Of a stretch of 64,000 nt of DNA, positions 60,525 through 64,000 are shown in pieces (the stretch's first letter is position 1; each line of letters begins with the position of its first letter). The DNA is from Balanoglossus misakiensis. Taxonomy: Eukaryota; Animalia; Hemichordata. Position numbers and translations under genes: made by a program. The DNA is taken from contig CM082581.2 in assembly GCA_040954595.2 (NCBI GenBank), forward strand, positions 4,580,699 to 4,644,698, given 5' to 3'. The notes beneath the pieces were generated by a model that had not been told where the DNA came from, ran no database searches, and worked only from the letters and a program-made list of their open reading frames with translations.

Positions 60525-61442
60525 TCACATGCTGTAAACAAACTCCAACCCATGTTTCTTTACTTTTTCAGTTATCTGGCGGTCAAAGAATTCGTTCTGT
60601 GCGACGGTGAAGTGGTTCTTCCAGTCCCCCACTTGACCTTTGCGCAGATGTCGCGATCCATCGGTGAACGAATGGGTACCCCCAGTCATTGAATACTTCC
60701 TGTAGAACTCTTCGCCTTTACTCATTTCAGCAAAGGTGCAACTTTTTGACACTCTCTCTATTTCTTCGTCTGACTTGGGGCGACCCAAGAAATCGGCAAT
60801 TTTCGTCAACACAGACGTGAAGTCCCTCTTCATGTCTTCATATGTTGCATGTAGTACGTTGTCTCGCAGGCCATACTGATTCCATGACAACACATTATTC
60901 AGCCATGAACCATAATGCACTTTACCCTCGATGAAAGCCTTTACCCATTCTTCCCAATTTAAGTTCATATTAGTCCAGGGTGTTGCTTTCGATTGAACAT
61001 AAAACGACGCACAGACATCTTTCGGATTCCGAGCTAGGTAGATGACTTTACACCTTCTGTCACCTTCTTTCCATGATGTCGGGAAAAATTAGACGGGAGG
61101 TGAGAGTATAGCAATCTTGGAGAGGGCATTTCGTGCAGTGACGACTTCACAGCATCAACGAGCTCTGCATAGGGTCTGGGCGTGTTGTCTGTAGTCTCGT
61201 ACAGTGCATCGAGACGAACCGCTCTCTGCGTCTGAGGCAACAGAAAGTTGACGTCATCGCACAGGGTGCTTAAGGCCTTCAACATCCAAAATGTGCCAGA
61301 CCGACAGTACGTCACGAGGACTATATCGTCAGGCCTGATGTCCCATTTGTCGATGGGGTTGTTTTTTACAGTTTCAACGTCGTGTAAACAATCGAGGAAA
61401 TAAAGACCATTGTGAAAGAACCCTGGCCAATCGTGCGACATG
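60525..61442 (-). pseudogene. Sulfotransferase copy D with a -1 frameshift (possibly an assembly homopolymer error)
   Basis: Full-length homology to copy B. The only lesion seen is 5 A instead of 6 at ~61084-61088. Confidence 0.65.
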
Positions 61443-61867
61443 GCAGAATCCATGGCCATCACACGCGTCATGAACCGGAGGACCGTAAGGATGTCCGGAT
61501 GCAGTGAACTCGAGACCCTGTGTCACATTACGCAGCAGAGAGGCTAACAAGGTCACGTTAGGTTATCTCTTGCCCCTTGGTGGTACGTGGTCCAGAGATT
61601 ATATATGACATTTTGATAACAGTGCTCATTTTGAACCTTGTTACAATAGACTCATCGTTACAGCAAATTTTGTATTTGATTACCAGTCCACCCTTGTCTT
61701 CATGGCATTGCATTGGAATTTCTCTGAGTCAGCACCATCTGCCAACACTTTTCTTCCAAATATCCCCAATCCACCGCATGGTTCTTCCCTCAGTAGGTCA
61801 AATTTTGCACAGAATTTACAATGGAGATTTCGGCAATTTTCACCGTTAGTGAAAGAACTGAAGAGTT

Positions 61868-62145
61868 TCTATGCTGAAGGCCGAAGGACACGGTTACCTC
61901 TATGCTGGAGGCCGAAGGACAGGACTATCTCTATGCTGAAGGCCGAAGGACTGGTTTAGCTCAGTTAATAAGGCCGAAGGACACGGTTACCTCTATGCTG
62001 GAGGCCGAAGGACAGGATTATCTCTATGCTGAAGGCCGAAGGACTGGTTTAGCTCAGTTATTAAGGCCGAAGGACGGTGATACAATGTACCTCTATATTT
62101 TAGGCCGAACGACACTATTATCTGTATGCTGAAGACTGAAGGACA
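61868..62145. repeat. Minisatellite with core ctatgctg(a/g)aggccgaaggac (~29-bp subunits, ~103-bp higher-order repeat)
   Basis: ggccgaaggac recurs about seven times. The ORF track shows the duplicated peptide MLEAEGQDYLYAEGRRTGLAQL. Confidence 0.85.
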
Positions 62146-63637
62146 GTAATATCTCCAAGCTAAATTGTCATTATTATCAACAAGTTGCCGCTACTTTCCC
62201 TTCAAAGGGACATACATGTTGACGTAGGCATGTATAAACAATAGACTTTTTTCTCAATCTCTCGTATAACCTACAAAACCGTGCAAATTCTAAACTATTC
62301 AGGTCTAATCTTGATCGCATTATTTACACGACAATACTTCCTTTATCATGTTTATGTGCATTAAAGTCTCATCTTAGGCCGATATGTGTAACATCTGTTC
62401 TGTTCGATTCTCTACCATGACATTGGTATTATAGTTGAAAACACCCACCAAATGTTCTCCTTATGAGCTTGTCATATTTGCTTCGAGCATTGTGCTACCT
62501 GTATGCCTGAATAACCCGTGCGTCTGCTCTTCCCTGTTAACCTTCAGTTTAAAACCATTTATCGTTGCGAATGGCGTCGAACGCAAAATGTTAACAGGTA
62601 AATTCAAGTATTCGACTTATCCCAAACAGTTTTCTAGTGCTAATATACGACGTCATACAAAGGATCTTCAAGGTCGCAGGTATTATAGAATGACCAACGC
62701 AAATGAGAAAACATTAGTTACCCTGGCTACAATGAAAATATACCTTTCTATGCAGTGTATGAAATTGCCTGCACTTGCCTCATCATGCACCCGTCTGTGT
62801 GTCGCTATACAATAGAGATTGGTGTAACGACGAAGTTCCGGTCTACATTTTTTTCAATAAACATTAGACCAACTTGCTGATTACTCTAGTCCTTTTTTCT
62901 CCCGTTTATAGACAGTAGAGTCTATGGTTACTCCATGCTACGTCTTATCAGTTGCTAATCCAGAATACAAGCTACCGAGCTACCATATGCCATAAACTCT
63001 GAATATCTCTTCGTATATTTTCTAAGCAACTTTTGTCAGAAGCATTATCAACTCGAAGTCAGACTCACCGGATTATTTTTTTTATTTTGTGAACAGAGCA
63101 ACTTCCACTTAACAACATATTGAAGGACCAAAATTCGAACCAATGAAATTAAAAGGGATTGAAACTAATAAAATATGCAAATATGAGTCTTTTGTTTTAT
63201 GCCATGTAAAGGCATAGGGAGAAAATTGCTGATTTGGGGTAAGTCTGAGATCGTGACTAACATACTTAGGATAGTTTGATTTTTAACGTGCAAAATGTCT
63301 TGAACAGGACAAGACCTCCGCCATAATATATTACGGAGCATACTTTACACAAATCACGTAGGCCTAAACTTTGGAGGTTTAAACATGCCGATAAATGGCC
63401 GGGCAAAACAGCATTGTCTATACTACCTGGGTGAAATAATTTTAAAATGCTGGTATATCAGAATTGCAGCGCGGGGGGGGGGGGCGTGACATTTTTGTCA
63501 CGTGCGATTTTTATTCGCTTGTCGGGGAGGATCATCTTTAGTAGATCACCCATCTCTCCGCGCTCGAGCCACCTCCCTGTTGACAATCGAACAGTCCGTT
63601 AAAAAGTCTCAGACAAGGCAAGGCTGTGTGGTTGACG

Positions 63638-63789
63638 ATGCTGTGTACAAAGATCACAGGACATGCCGTCAGGAAAATGAGTTTGAAACCTATCATTGGA
63701 ATCGCAATTACTATCGCCTCTGTTGGATTGTATGGGCTTTACTCTTGGAGGGGAGTTGGTCTAAACATACCCGATGTTCGCACACCAGG
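63638..63789 (+). CDS. Probable first coding exon of a type II membrane (signal-anchor) protein; gene would continue beyond the window
   Basis: MLCTKITGHAVRKMSLKPIIGIAITIASVGLYGLYSWRGVGLNIPDVRTP, then GG|gtaaga. A basic stretch precedes a hydrophobic segment. A GC-box/CpG-rich region lies at 63465-63600. Confidence 0.45.
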
Positions 63790-64000
63790 GTAAGACAGCA
63801 AATATTCTATACTGGATATCGAATTTTAATTATGTACATGCACGAGAATATGCTACAGAGTATGTATCGTAGCAAATTTTGCTACGTGACAAATTCTCAA
63901 ACTTTAACTTTTTACAGAACTAATCCCAACCCAAAGAACCGATGGCTAATGACGGCCAAGTGAAAGTCTAATCTATTTCGAATAAAAATATTTTGCTATC

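Noticed and set aside
29478-61442. Lectins, AKR and SULTs as a co-regulated defence or biosynthetic cluster
   Set aside because: These are large, commonly dispersed families in mixed orientation, interrupted by a DNA-repair gene, with no shared regulatory signature visible.
61868-62145. CRISPR-like repeat-spacer appearance
   Set aside because: The spacers are short and themselves repeated, there are no cas genes, and the context is eukaryotic.

Overview
AT-rich, intron-containing animal genomic DNA, not prokaryotic. An invertebrate, possibly a deuterostome, is inferred from gene content and repeats; the species cannot be determined. All gene models were spliced by hand from GT-AG sites and frame phase. 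In order: (1) the 5' end of a LIM-domain-binding (LDB/Chip) gene on the minus strand, apparently with two alternative N-termini; (2) head-to-head with it, a complete 19-coding-exon NCAPG; (3) a secreted tandem-SUEL rhamnose-binding lectin; (4) a divergent MUS81-like ERCC4 nuclease whose C-terminal (HhH)2 appears replaced by a long disordered tail with a CUE-like domain and a terminal SIM; (5) a three-domain C-type lectin flanked by repeats; (6) an aldo-keto reductase; (7) four tandem intronless sulfotransferases, one hit by a PIF/Harbinger-type MITE; (8) a probable first exon of a type II membrane protein. Non-coding DNA is dense in short non-autonomous DNA transposons and in TACATGTA motifs, which paired duplicates show arising by TA-to-TACATGTA insertion (Tc1/mariner-type footprints). 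Family assignments come from motif recognition, not database searches.
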